This document shows, piece by piece, positions 46,538-54,054 of a DNA stretch of 59,268 bases. The translations under genes were made by a program, and so were the position numbers. This stretch comes from Patescibacteria group bacterium (GTDB taxonomy: Bacteria; Patescibacteriota; Minisyncoccia; Minisyncoccales; RBG-13-36-15): positions 1 through 59,268 of the forward strand of contig JACZRI010000004.1 in the NCBI GenBank assembly GCA_022574775.1, read 5' to 3'. A model generated the notes under the pieces. It did no database searches, was not told the DNA's origin, and was given only the letters and a program-made list of their open reading frames with translations. Within the stretch, counting starts at the first letter, position 1. Each line of letters opens with the position of its first letter.

Positions 46538-47937
46538 ACGCAACAGCTTAACTTGGAAATATCTTTGGTAAATGATAATGCAACAATCTTTATTGATTCA
46601 GAAAGTGTTGGAAACATAGGAAGGGAACTTGTGACATCATCAATAGTATTCTTATTTTTCACCAGCATCATAGCTTCTGCAATAAGCTCACTCGCATGTG
46701 GTGCTAAAATATGAACGCCCATAATTTGCTTTGTTTTTGGGTGAATCGCCATTTTAATCAATCCTTCAGTGCGGTGTATAATTATTGCTTTAGGGACATC
46801 TGCAAAAGAAACCGTACGGCAAGCACAAACTCCTATTTTACTCATCTGCTCGTCCTCAGTAAGACCCACGCCAGCGAGTTGAGGATCGGTGAAAACCGTA
46901 TAGGGCACGGTGTTATAATCAATGCTCTCTCGGGAGTCAGTCAGCGCGTTTGAAGCTGAAAGTGTTCCCTCACGTCCTGCAGTGGTTTCAAGCCGTAAAG
47001 GCAGATTCGTTACATCCCCTACTGCAAAAATGTGTGGTTGCGAAGTTTGAAAGAATTTATTAACAACGATAGCTTGTTTTTGGTCAATCTTGACATTAAT
47101 CTTTTCTAAACCAAGACCTTTTGTATTTGCTGTTTTTCCTGTTGCAAGCAGTATCTCATCGCACGCCACTTCTTCCTGTTTTCCGTCAATGAGATAGGAA
47201 AGAACCTTTTTATCTTTTTCTTTGTGTGCCTTTTTAACTTCGACATTGGTTTTAATGGTTATGCCCTCTTTTGTCAGTATTTCGCTTAGGCGTTCAGTAA
47301 GTTCTTTCTCGGTAGATGGAAAAATAGAAGGTCCTCTCTGCAAAATCGTTACCTTTGTTCCAAAACGGGAATACATTTGAGCGAACTCAAGCCCCAATGC
47401 TCCAGCTCCCACAACAACTAATTCTCTTGGCCGCTGTTCAAGTCTTAGTGCTTCAATATGAGTGATAAATCCAACTTCTTTAATTCCTTCAATCGATGGA
47501 ACATTGGCAGTTGATCCTGTGGCGATAATAAATTTGTCTGCTGATAACCTCTCGCCATTTATTTCAATTTCTTTTGGCGAGATAAATGTTGCTTTTCCTT
47601 CAATATGGAAAACATGCTCTAAACTTTTCAAAACTTTTTCATACTTTTCAACTCTTAAACGCTCCACGAGCGAAAGTTCATCTTGAACAACCTTTTGAAA
47701 GTCAAAATTCTTAACTGTTAATTCAATACCGGGAATATCGTGATGTTGTGCAAGGTGCATTATTTCTCCTGCCCAAAGGAGAGTTTTGGATGGAACACAA
47801 CCAACATTGACACAGGTTCCACCGAGTGGCAGTCCTGCATTTATCATTGCCGTTTTTGCTTTAAGTTCGTTAGCACGAATAGCAGCTGCGAAAGCACCTG
47901 CCCCACCGCCGATAATAATTAGGTCATATTGTTTCAT
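46534..47937 (-). CDS. merA: mercuric reductase-like flavoprotein disulfide reductase (core MerA, no NmerA domain)
   Basis: FAD motif GGGAGAFAAA, redox-active GGTCVNVGCVPSK, and the C-terminal vicinal Cys pair ..KLSCCV characteristic of MerA. Confidence 0.75.
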   Translation of the reverse strand: MKQYDLIIIGGGAGAFAAAIRANELKAKTAMINAGLPLGGTCVNVGCVPSKTLLWAGEIMHLAQHHDIPGIELTVKNFDFQKVVQDELSLVERLRVEKYEKVLKSLEHVFHIEGKATFISPKEIEINGERLSADKFIIATGSTANVPSIEGIKEVGFITHIEALRLEQRPRELVVVGAGALGLEFAQMYSRFGTKVTILQRGPSIFPSTEKELTERLSEILTKEGITIKTNVEVKKAHKEKDKKVLSYLIDGKQEEVACDEILLATGKTANTKGLGLEKINVKIDQKQAIVVNKFFQTSQPHIFAVGDVTNLPLRLETTAGREGTLSASNALTDSRESIDYNTVPYTVFTDPQLAGVGLTEDEQMSKIGVCACRTVSFADVPKAIIIHRTEGLIKMAIHPKTKQIMGVHILAPHASELIAEAMMLVKNKNTIDDVTSSLPMFPTLSESIKIVALSFTKDISKLSCCV

Positions 47938-48245
47938 AAATTATGTAAGCTCTTTTTCAAGAGACGATTAAAACTGGTATTTGAGAGACTATAAAAGACC
48001 TGTTTGTAGTCTCGTCTGGAATTGACCAAGTGATGTTTACGAAGTCGTCTTAAAGAATGTGATACAACGGAAATTGAAACATTAAGTGTTTCTGCTATTT
48101 CTCCCACAGATAATTCTTTATACTCACATAATAGCCAACATATTTTCATTCTCGTTAGGTCTCCTACCAATCCAAACTGCTTAGCACACTCCAATAATGC
48201 CTTTCTATTTTTAAGCTTTTTCCTGATTTGTTTTTTATTAACCAT
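47934..48245 (-). CDS. ArsR/SmtB-family metalloregulator
   Basis: Winged HTH ..ELSVGEIAETLNVSISVVSHSLRRLRKHHLV.. Its stop overlaps the merA ATG (ATGA). Confidence 0.8.
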   Translation of the reverse strand: MVNKKQIRKKLKNRKALLECAKQFGLVGDLTRMKICWLLCEYKELSVGEIAETLNVSISVVSHSLRRLRKHHLVNSRRDYKQVFYSLSNTSFNRLLKKSLHNL

Positions 48246-48255
48246 AATAGTTCAC

Positions 48256-48300
48256 TTGAAAGTCTATTCAAATGATATCTTGTTATAAATATACTGTCAA
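48256..48300 (-). promoter_or_regulatory. promoter TTGACA-17-TATCAT with downstream TTGAA-N6-TTCAA inverted repeat (candidate ArsR operator)
   Basis: The minus strand reads TTGACAgtatatttataacaagaTATCATTTGAATAGACTTTCAAgtgaactattATG. Confidence 0.5.
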
Positions 48301-48337
48301 GCGATAGTTATCCACAAACAGAATCAGCGTGAAAAAC

Positions 48338-48360
48338 AAAAAATCGCCTTCTTGGCGATT
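48338..48360 (-). terminator. T-hairpin terminator copy (perfect AATCGCC/GGCGATT version)
   Basis: The minus strand reads AATCGCCAAGAAGGCGATTTTTTG. Confidence 0.65.
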
Positions 48361-48365
48361 GATTT

Positions 48366-48483
48366 CATAGCTGCGGAGCGTGAAAGAAGTTAGAACATGG
48401 ATTATGGCTAATAGAGCTACTTTCAGAGTACCTGATCTCGTCCCACGGGCTTAGTTACCTTACTCTGCTACTCGCTATTTCTT
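48366..48483 (-). repeat. type I boundary element, copy B
   Basis: Near-identical to copies A, C and D. The ORF 48475..48852 terminates on the TAG of its M1 block (..AAG AAA TAG CGAGTAG..). Confidence 0.85.
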
Positions 48484-48852
48484 AAAGTTTTTCGGCCAAC
48501 CGAGTAAAAAGAATAAAGCCAAAGGTGCTCCCCAGTTCGCCCAGCGTTCGACAAAATCCCAAATCGGATCGGACCCGAATGGCCAGCGAATCATTGCGGT
48601 CCAAAGACCCCAGATAGCCATCCAGAGAATTGCTATACGAACTGGTCTAATGAGGATAAGTAGAGCCAACGCTATATCCATAATGCCGACGAGGAAAAGA
48701 AGTATGGTGATTGTTTCGGTATTGGTAATACCGAATGTATAGAAATATTTGAACCAGCCCTCTTTTCCTTGGAGGGCAAACATGCCGTGACCAAAAAACG
48801 AGCCGGCAATAGCTATCCGCAGAACCCATTCGATTTTTTTTGAATTTTCCAT
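48475..48852 (-). CDS. DoxX-like small membrane protein
   Basis: 125 aa, 4 TM helices, ..LRIAIAGSFFGHG.. resembles DoxX-family N-termini. Confidence 0.5.
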   Translation of the reverse strand: MENSKKIEWVLRIAIAGSFFGHGMFALQGKEGWFKYFYTFGITNTETITILLFLVGIMDIALALLILIRPVRIAILWMAIWGLWTAMIRWPFGSDPIWDFVERWANWGAPLALFFLLGWPKNFKK

Positions 48853-48858
48853 ATTCTT

Positions 48859-48889
48859 ATCCTACCAAAAAACCGCCTTCTTGGCGATT
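48859..48889 (-). terminator. T-hairpin fused to extended -10 TGGTAGGAT, 6 nt before the ATG
   Basis: The minus strand reads AATCGCCAAGAAGGCGGTTTTTTGGTAGGATaagaatATG. Confidence 0.6.
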
Positions 48890-48894
48890 GATTT

Positions 48895-49008
48895 CATAGC
48901 TGCGGGGCGTGAAGAAGTTAGAACCTGGATTATGGCTAATAGTGCTACTTTCAGAGTACCTGATCTCGTCCCACGGGCTTAGTTATCCTGCCCTACTACT
49001 CACTATTT
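48895..49008 (-). repeat. type I boundary element, copy C
   Basis: Near-identical to A, B and D, with a one-base deletion in GTGAAG-AAG and a few substitutions. Confidence 0.85.
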
Positions 49009-49034
49009 AGTTTGCTTTATTTTTTGACATCATT

Positions 49035-49172
49035 TTAAGGTAAAGGTAAAAGTTTGATAAAACAATAATACCCATGGTAAGCATGCCAAAATCCATCATA
49101 AGTATTGCCGCGTCCAAACCAAACAAAAACTAAATAGAAAATGGTAAGAGCGCCAAAAAAAATTAACCACAT
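49035..49172 (-). CDS. possible 45-aa hydrophobic micro-ORF
   Basis: MWLIFFGALTIFYLVFVWFGRGNTYDGFWHAYHGYYCFIKLLPLP. No clear start signals. Confidence 0.2.
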   Translation of the reverse strand: MWLIFFGALTIFYLVFVWFGRGNTYDGFWHAYHGYYCFIKLLPLP

Positions 49173-49220
49173 TGCAACTTAATGCAAAAGTTTATTCGTA
49201 GTTATAGTTGTATGGTAACG

Positions 49221-50273
49221 CTATGGACGGCGTTTCACCACCACTGAATTATGGAGCTCCTCTCCTACCTTGATTTTCTTCACTACTTTCCTTTTCTCAA
49301 CATCAATGATGACTAGTTCGCCAGGCTTATATAAGGGAACAAAAGCAAGAGTTTTATCGGTCGAAAAGGAAATACCGTGCGGTGTTTCTCCAACAGTAAT
49401 TTGGCCAATAATCTTATTTTGCCCTACGTCAATAATAGAGATATAATGCGCTCCGATGTTAGTGACCCAAAGTTCTGTGTCGTTTTTAAAGACAGCAAAT
49501 TCAGTAGCAGCTCCGGTATCAATATGATTTATTTCTTCAAACGTTTCTGCATCTAAAAGATAAATAAAATTACTACCCAGGTTTGTAATAACAATACTAT
49601 TGCCATCAGGAGATAACGCCCAGCCGTGAGGATCAATACCCGAAGCCATCTCTTTTATCACTTTTGACTCAAAACCGTCATTCTTTAACACGGTTATTGA
49701 TCCTTCATCACCAAGATTGGTGGTAAAAATTTTAGAACCGTCTTTGGTAACCCCGATATATTCTGGGTAATCCCCGACATTGACCTTGGTTTGTTTCGTG
49801 AAGGTTGCGGTTTCAATAATCGACAGTGTATTTTCTCTGGCGTTTGCAATAAAAAGAAAGCTGCCATCTGGACTAAACACTACTCCGTGAGCACCATCCC
49901 CAGTTGTGATGGTTTTTTGTAAAGACAAACTCTGAACACTAATGACACTTATCGTATTACTGTAGAAGTTAGCTGTAACGACAAATTTGCCGTCTGGCGA
50001 GAGAGCGATATCATGCGGACCGTGATCAACTTTAATTCGTTTTACGATTTCCCCTTCTTTAGTAAGTACAATAACTTCATCATTTTTGGAATCCTCAACA
50101 AAAACAAGCTCCCTGGCTTCGCTTTCTTGCTCTTCATTTGGCAAGGATACTCCTTTTAATTCTTCTGGTTCTGGAGCTAAAACTTCTGTTCGTTCTTGCA
50201 AAACAAACCATCCTCCGAAAACAAGGAGACCCGTCAATGACAATATGAGTATCGGCAAAAACCTGCTAGGCAT
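49221..50273 (-). CDS. secreted YVTN-type beta-propeller repeat protein
   Basis: N-terminal TM/signal and repeated ..P(H)GIA/LSPDG..(Y)V(T)N.. units. Confidence 0.7.
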   Translation of the reverse strand: MPSRFLPILILSLTGLLVFGGWFVLQERTEVLAPEPEELKGVSLPNEEQESEARELVFVEDSKNDEVIVLTKEGEIVKRIKVDHGPHDIALSPDGKFVVTANFYSNTISVISVQSLSLQKTITTGDGAHGVVFSPDGSFLFIANARENTLSIIETATFTKQTKVNVGDYPEYIGVTKDGSKIFTTNLGDEGSITVLKNDGFESKVIKEMASGIDPHGWALSPDGNSIVITNLGSNFIYLLDAETFEEINHIDTGAATEFAVFKNDTELWVTNIGAHYISIIDVGQNKIIGQITVGETPHGISFSTDKTLAFVPLYKPGELVIIDVEKRKVVKKIKVGEELHNSVVVKRRP

Positions 50274-50283
50274 ATTATTGGAC

Positions 50284-51483
50284 TCAATTATTCTTAGGTT
50301 TCAAGCGGATAATTCTGTCGTCTTCTGTCGCCGGGTCGCCCCGTCCGTCTCGGTTGCTGGTAAGAATGTAGAGATTGCCATCCGGCCCCGGTTCTGCCGT
50401 TCTCAACCTTCCGAACTCATTTTCAAGGAGAAAATCATGCTCTTTTACTGATCTATAGTCTGAATCAAAGGTTACTCGGTGAAGGGCCCGTCTGCCCTCT
50501 CCCGGAGTAAATCCCAGGGCCGTGAAGTAGAGCTCTCCTCTCCAGAAAGAAGCTCCGGAGGGCGCCCAAGGTTTCTCTCCACTGCTGAGAATCGGGTCAA
50601 CATACTCTGGCTCACCCGCTTTGCCGGCAACCTCGGGCCAACCGTAATTGGCTCCGGGTTTAATGAGATTAACTTCATCACGACCCGGACCGCGGCCGCG
50701 CATGTCATTCGGATCCGGGCCATGCTCAGTAGCCCAAAGATCGCCGGTGGGACTCCAAGCCAAACCTTGAGGGTTTCTGTGTCCATAACTCCATACCGGA
50801 GAGTCGGGGAAAGGATTGTCTTCTGGCACCGTCCCGTCTGGATTTATACGAAGTATCTTCCCGGCCAGAGAGTTGAGGTCTTGAACAAGGTGCTCCCTGC
50901 CGGCATCTCCGGTGGTAATGTAGAGCTTTTCATCAGGACCGAACTTCATCCTTCCCCCATTGTGAATGCTTGTGCCCGGAATGCCATCCAAAATTACTTC
51001 GCTTATTTCGGCGTAGTCTCCCCTATCTACAAGTTTTAATACTCTGTTCCAAACCAAGCCATCTTCACCAACATAAGTATAATAAATATACACAAACCTG
51101 TTTCGGGAAAAATCGGGGTGCAGAGCAATCCCCAAAAGCCCGGTTTCTTGTCCGCCGGTATAAACATCAAGAATAAAGTAGGGATCTGGCAGAAACTCTC
51201 CGTTTTCTATAACTCGTATTCTTCCCGCCCTCTCGGTAACGAAAATCCTGTCTTCCCAAAAGTCCAGGTCCCAGGGAGCTTCAAGGTTTTCTGCTATCAC
51301 TTCCACTTCAAACCGACTGAAGGGAATATCTTCATCTGCCGAAGCACTCTCATCCGCAGGATGCTCGGATTGAGATGTTAAGGCCTTTTCTTCGGATAAA
51401 AATTGAATGCCAAAAAACCCGGCAATCAAAGCAGCGACAATAATAACGATAACAACAAAAGCAAATTTTATTTGGAAAGACAT
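50284..51483 (-). CDS. PQQ-dependent (soluble glucose/sorbosone) sugar dehydrogenase family protein
   Basis: ..GLLGIALHPDF.., ..GGR..FGPDG.LY.., ..GHRNPQGLAW.. motifs. Visibly GC-richer than its neighbours (hand count about 57% on line 50641-50700). Confidence 0.8.
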   Translation of the reverse strand: MSFQIKFAFVVIVIIVAALIAGFFGIQFLSEEKALTSQSEHPADESASADEDIPFSRFEVEVIAENLEAPWDLDFWEDRIFVTERAGRIRVIENGEFLPDPYFILDVYTGGQETGLLGIALHPDFSRNRFVYIYYTYVGEDGLVWNRVLKLVDRGDYAEISEVILDGIPGTSIHNGGRMKFGPDEKLYITTGDAGREHLVQDLNSLAGKILRINPDGTVPEDNPFPDSPVWSYGHRNPQGLAWSPTGDLWATEHGPDPNDMRGRGPGRDEVNLIKPGANYGWPEVAGKAGEPEYVDPILSSGEKPWAPSGASFWRGELYFTALGFTPGEGRRALHRVTFDSDYRSVKEHDFLLENEFGRLRTAEPGPDGNLYILTSNRDGRGDPATEDDRIIRLKPKNN

Positions 51484-51623
51484 TGTGATTGTGGTTGATG
51501 TTAAAATCCTTTTTCTTTTTTGCGCTGTTATTCAAACCCTCGGCCTCGAATAAAGTTCGGTGTCCTAGACGGGTGCGGATTTAGGGCGTCCTAGACCCGT
51601 CAAGAAAATAGCTTTAAAATAAG

Positions 51624-51664
51624 CCTCTCGGTCGACCTCGATACTACGCTGACTGGTGCTGGCA
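51624..51664 (-). repeat. module 4 repeat, copy 1
   Basis: CCTCTCGGTCGACCTCGATACTACGCTGACTGGTGCTGGCA. One mismatch against 52944-52984. Confidence 0.8.
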
Positions 51665-51716
51665 TCCTCGGTCTAGGACCGTAGGATGGTGTCGGTCACC
51701 TAACTTACCATATAAC

Positions 51717-51750
51717 GGCTGCGGGGTTTGGACAACGTTAGAACCTGTTT
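51717..51750 (-). repeat. M2 core copy G (no M1)
   Basis: The minus strand reads AAACAGGTTCTAACGTTGTCCAAACCCCGCAGCC, directly after the stop of 51764..51961. Confidence 0.75.
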
Positions 51751-51763
51751 GGAATTGCTTTAT

Positions 51764-51961
51764 TTATAACAACTTAAACAACAAAATAATTGAAAGAATT
51801 ATTCCTTCTATTCTAAAGTATAGAATGCAAGTCTTTCTATTATAAAATTTTCTAACAAGTGGGATCCTGCCCCAAAGTTTATAATATATCTCACAAAAAA
51901 ATTTAGGAAATATGAATAAGCCAATAATTAAACCGATCAAAAAGATGTCAAAAATATCCAT
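51764..51961 (-). CDS. small two-TM membrane protein
   Basis: 65-aa hydrophobic ORF. Confidence 0.35.
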   Translation of the reverse strand: MDIFDIFLIGLIIGLFIFPKFFCEIYYKLWGRIPLVRKFYNRKTCILYFRIEGIILSIILLFKLL

Positions 51962-52030
51962 AGATTTATTTGGTTTTAACTCTTTTATATATCTGATCTT
52001 ATAATATCTTTTAATTTTAAAAAAACAACC

Positions 52031-52054
52031 AAAAAAACCGCCTTCTTGGCGATT
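52031..52054 (-). terminator. T-hairpin terminator copy
   Basis: Exact ACCGCCTTCTTGGCGAT core. It is the second of two back-to-back terminators. Confidence 0.65.
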
Positions 52055-52063
52055 TTGAAATAA

Positions 52064-52098
52064 ACAAAAAGGCGGTGGAATGTAATCGCACCGCTTTT
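52064..52098 (-). terminator. terminator of the GCGGTG..CACCGC family
   Basis: The minus strand reads AAAAGCGGTGcgattacattcCACCGCCTTTTTGTTT. Confidence 0.65.
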
Positions 52099-52167
52099 AT
52101 AGAACTTAAACTTATTTTCTGGCTCTTCTATCGTTTTTTAATCCGCTCTTTCAACCACAAAAGGTCT

Positions 52168-52299
52168 TCATGGCATCCTCTTTTCGCTGGACGACAAACG
52201 TTTTTGCCGAGCGATTCTCCCTGGCTTTTTTCTCATCGCCTTACGATGATCAAAGTTGGGGGTTCTTCTCTTTCTCCACATCCATCGTCTGTAATACAT
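52168..52299 (-). CDS. 43-aa polybasic small protein
   Basis: Not in the ORF track. It has SD AAAGGAGGG 5 nt before the ATG, its own TTGACA-17-TAATAT promoter and two terminators. Translation: MYYRRWMWRKRRTPNFDHRKAMRKKPGRIARQKRLSSSEKRMP. Confidence 0.45.
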   Translation of the reverse strand: MYYRRWMWRKRRTPNFDHRKAMRKKPGRIARQKRLSSSEKRMP

Positions 52300-52338
52300 C
52301 AATCCCTCCTTTTAGAAAATGTGCTGTTTACTACTTCG

Positions 52339-52367
52339 ATATTATTACAGACCCTTTTCTTTGTCAA
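52339..52367 (-). promoter_or_regulatory. promoter TTGACA-17-TAATAT
   Basis: The -35 is fused to the preceding T-hairpin U-tract (GGCGGTTTTTGTTTGACA). Confidence 0.55.
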
Positions 52368-52369
52368 AC

Positions 52370-52392
52370 AAAAACCGCCTTCTTAGCGATTT
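52370..52392 (-). terminator. T-hairpin variant (AATCGCTAAGAAGGCGGTTTTT)
   Basis: One stem mismatch. Follows the NADAR stop by about 25 nt. Confidence 0.55.
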
Positions 52393-52415
52393 CTATATTT
52401 TTATAATCATGGTAT

Positions 52416-52865
52416 TTAATTTTTAAATTCCTCCCTAACTTCCATCCAAAGTTTCCCCAAGTGATTTTCTCCATCTTTATTGGGTCCCCAGCCCCAATAT
52501 GAATCACGCCAAGAATCTTCGATAATCTCTTTGTCTCCTGATTCAGTTAGTTTCTTTTTTACATAGGGGTGCTGTTCGACTTTTACTCGCAAAATTTCTT
52601 TCATCACCTTTAATTTAATCGTATCCCAATCAGCTCTATATTTGCCTTTATTTGATTGTGCCAACTTAAGGGCGTCATGTGCAGAACGAGCATTCCTTAT
52701 TTGCTCTTTTAAATTTATGTCTTCAAATTTCTCTGAATGATAAGCGTGTTCTGAGGTCATGTATAATTTATTTTTCCACTCAATCGTAAAAGAAGAAAAA
52801 TTGGAGAACACATAAAATTCGTGCTCATAAAAGAAAATTTGTTTATCTGTATCACTACCGTGCAT
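52416..52865 (-). CDS. NADAR (YbiA/DUF1768) family protein
   Basis: ..FSNFS.., ..SEHAYHSEKF.. and ..DSYWGWG.. in a 149-aa protein match the NADAR-family pattern. Confidence 0.7.
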   Translation of the reverse strand: MHGSDTDKQIFFYEHEFYVFSNFSSFTIEWKNKLYMTSEHAYHSEKFEDINLKEQIRNARSAHDALKLAQSNKGKYRADWDTIKLKVMKEILRVKVEQHPYVKKKLTESGDKEIIEDSWRDSYWGWGPNKDGENHLGKLWMEVREEFKN

Positions 52866-52874
52866 AATAGTTGT

Positions 52875-52925
52875 ATTCTATCAAAAAACCGTCTTCCCCT
52901 CCATAGGCAGATAAATTGGCGATTT
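52875..52925 (-). terminator. T-hairpin variant with expanded loop, fused to extended -10 TGATAGAAT (9 nt before the ATG)
   Basis: The minus strand reads AATCGCCaatttatctgcctatggaggggaaGACGGTTTTTTGATAGAATacaactattATG. Confidence 0.5.
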
Positions 52926-52943
52926 TGAAATTCGTAAATAACA

Positions 52944-52984
52944 CCTCTCGGTCGGCCTCGATACTACGCTGACTGGTGCTGGCA
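52944..52984 (-). repeat. module 4 repeat, copy 2
   Basis: CCTCTCGGTCGGCCTCGATACTACGCTGACTGGTGCTGGCA. Confidence 0.8.
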
Positions 52985-53030
52985 CAGAACCAGTCGGTTC
53001 GTGCCTAGCAACGCACCGTATGGTACTGTT

Positions 53031-53122
53031 GCTGCGGGGCGTGAAAGAAGTTAGAACCTGGATTATAGTTAATGGCGCTACTTTCAGAGTACCTGATCTC
53101 GCTCCACAGGCTTAGTTACCCT
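53031..53122 (-). repeat. type I boundary element, copy D (M1 truncated)
   Basis: Same centre I and M2 variant as A-C. M1 is cut after GGGTAAC and abuts a GCGGTG-type terminator. Confidence 0.85.
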
Positions 53123-53129
53123 TCTAAAT

Positions 53130-53160
53130 AAAAAGGCGGTGGGATGTTATCGCACCGCTT
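53130..53160 (-). terminator. terminator of the GCGGTG..CACCGC family
   Basis: The minus strand reads AAGCGGTGcgataacatcCCACCGCCTTTTTATTT. The ORF stop TAA lies in the loop. Confidence 0.6.
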
Positions 53161-53500
53161 GGACTGTTGTTTTTTCTGTAAAAACTTGGGAAAAAGCTCT
53201 AAAAATATCTATATCATTCCAGTGATTTACGCACAAATGAATAATAATGTGTGTCCCGAATTTACCCTTCAAGAAAAAACTTACGAGACCAACCGAAGGA
53301 GTTTTTTTACAGAGTGTACATTCATTTGAATGAATACCTTGATGTACATAAAATTGGGTTTCAATATCTAGAAGAAGAGCGCCATGGCATCTGAACGGTC
53401 CGTTTCCCCACTCCCGCGGTTCCCCTTCCTCAGGAAACCACTCGTGAAGCGTATGTGGATTGCTCACTCCACAGAATTTTGGTGCTGTTTGGCTACTCAT
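53147..53500 (-). CDS. Cys/His-rich hypothetical protein
   Basis: 117 aa with SD AAGGAGGT 10 nt upstream and its own TTGACA-17-TAATAT promoter. No recognised family. Confidence 0.5.
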   Translation of the reverse strand: MSSQTAPKFCGVSNPHTLHEWFPEEGEPREWGNGPFRCHGALLLDIETQFYVHQGIHSNECTLCKKTPSVGLVSFFLKGKFGTHIIIHLCVNHWNDIDIFRAFSQVFTEKTTVQAVR

Positions 53501-53547
53501 ACTATTATGTACCTCCTTGGTAATGTGCAGACTAACGAACTACTAAG

Positions 53548-53576
53548 ATATTATTACAAACTTCGTTTTTTGTCAA
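53548..53576 (-). promoter_or_regulatory. promoter TTGACA-17-TAATAT
   Basis: The minus strand reads GGCGGTTTTTTGTTTGACAaaaaacgaagtttgtaaTAATAT. Same architecture as 52339-52367. Confidence 0.55.
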
Positions 53577-53578
53577 AC

Positions 53579-53604
53579 AAAAAACCGCCGAAATGGTGAT
53601 TTTT
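53579..53604 (-). terminator. T-hairpin variant (AATCACCatttcGGCGGTTTTTT)
   Basis: One stem mismatch. Directly preceded by a partial M2. Confidence 0.5.
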
Positions 53605-53622
53605 CGGACGACGTTAGAACCT
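53605..53622 (-). repeat. partial M2 core
   Basis: The minus strand reads AGGTTCTAACGTCGTCCG, 20 nt after the SRPBCC stop. Confidence 0.7.
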
Positions 53623-53644
53623 ACTTCTCCTCGAAGGTTTTAGT

Positions 53645-54028
53645 TTAATTCTCCAGGGCCTCCTTTAGTCTCTCTAATATTTCTTGAATAAATGGCTCAT
53701 CAAGCTCTCCCGTATCTACCCATTCATAGTACTCAAGCTCCGTAGTGTTCTCATCCACTAGTGTAAAGGTATACCTGACGTGATAACCGCTATTCTTTTT
53801 ATCCCATACAAACATCTTATTTTCCCTAAACTCGGCTACGGTATATTCAGACCAATTTCCGTCTTTGTCTTGATTTCTGTAGATACTTCCCTGCTTTGCT
53901 GGCCACTCATTTACTTGTTCACTGATTACTGAATCTATCCACAGAGGAGTGTTATGAGGGTTTATAGTAAAAGCAAAAACCTCTGGAACGGGTTTGTTGA
54001 TCTGAATCGTTAGCTTATTCTCTCGCAT
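53645..54028 (-). CDS. SRPBCC (START/AHSA1-like) superfamily protein
   Basis: 127 aa. The alternating beta/helix pattern and ..VF.F..NP.N.P.W.. resemble SRPBCC ligand-binding proteins. Confidence 0.6.
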   Translation of the reverse strand: MRENKLTIQINKPVPEVFAFTINPHNTPLWIDSVISEQVNEWPAKQGSIYRNQDKDGNWSEYTVAEFRENKMFVWDKKNSGYHVRYTFTLVDENTTELEYYEWVDTGELDEPFIQEILERLKEALEN

Positions 54029-54054
54029 TGTGATTTTTGTTATTCAAAATTGTT

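Noticed and set aside
52075-52406. Plus-strand ORFs 52075..52386 and 52170..52406
   Set aside because: They are antisense to a complete minus-strand unit (promoter, SD, 43-codon ORF, terminators) and overlap terminator hairpins. They have no start signals.
43976-53122. Diversity-generating retroelement template/variable repeats
   Set aside because: The repeats are intergenic rather than within a target gene 3' end. Differences are not adenine-specific. No reverse transcriptase is present.
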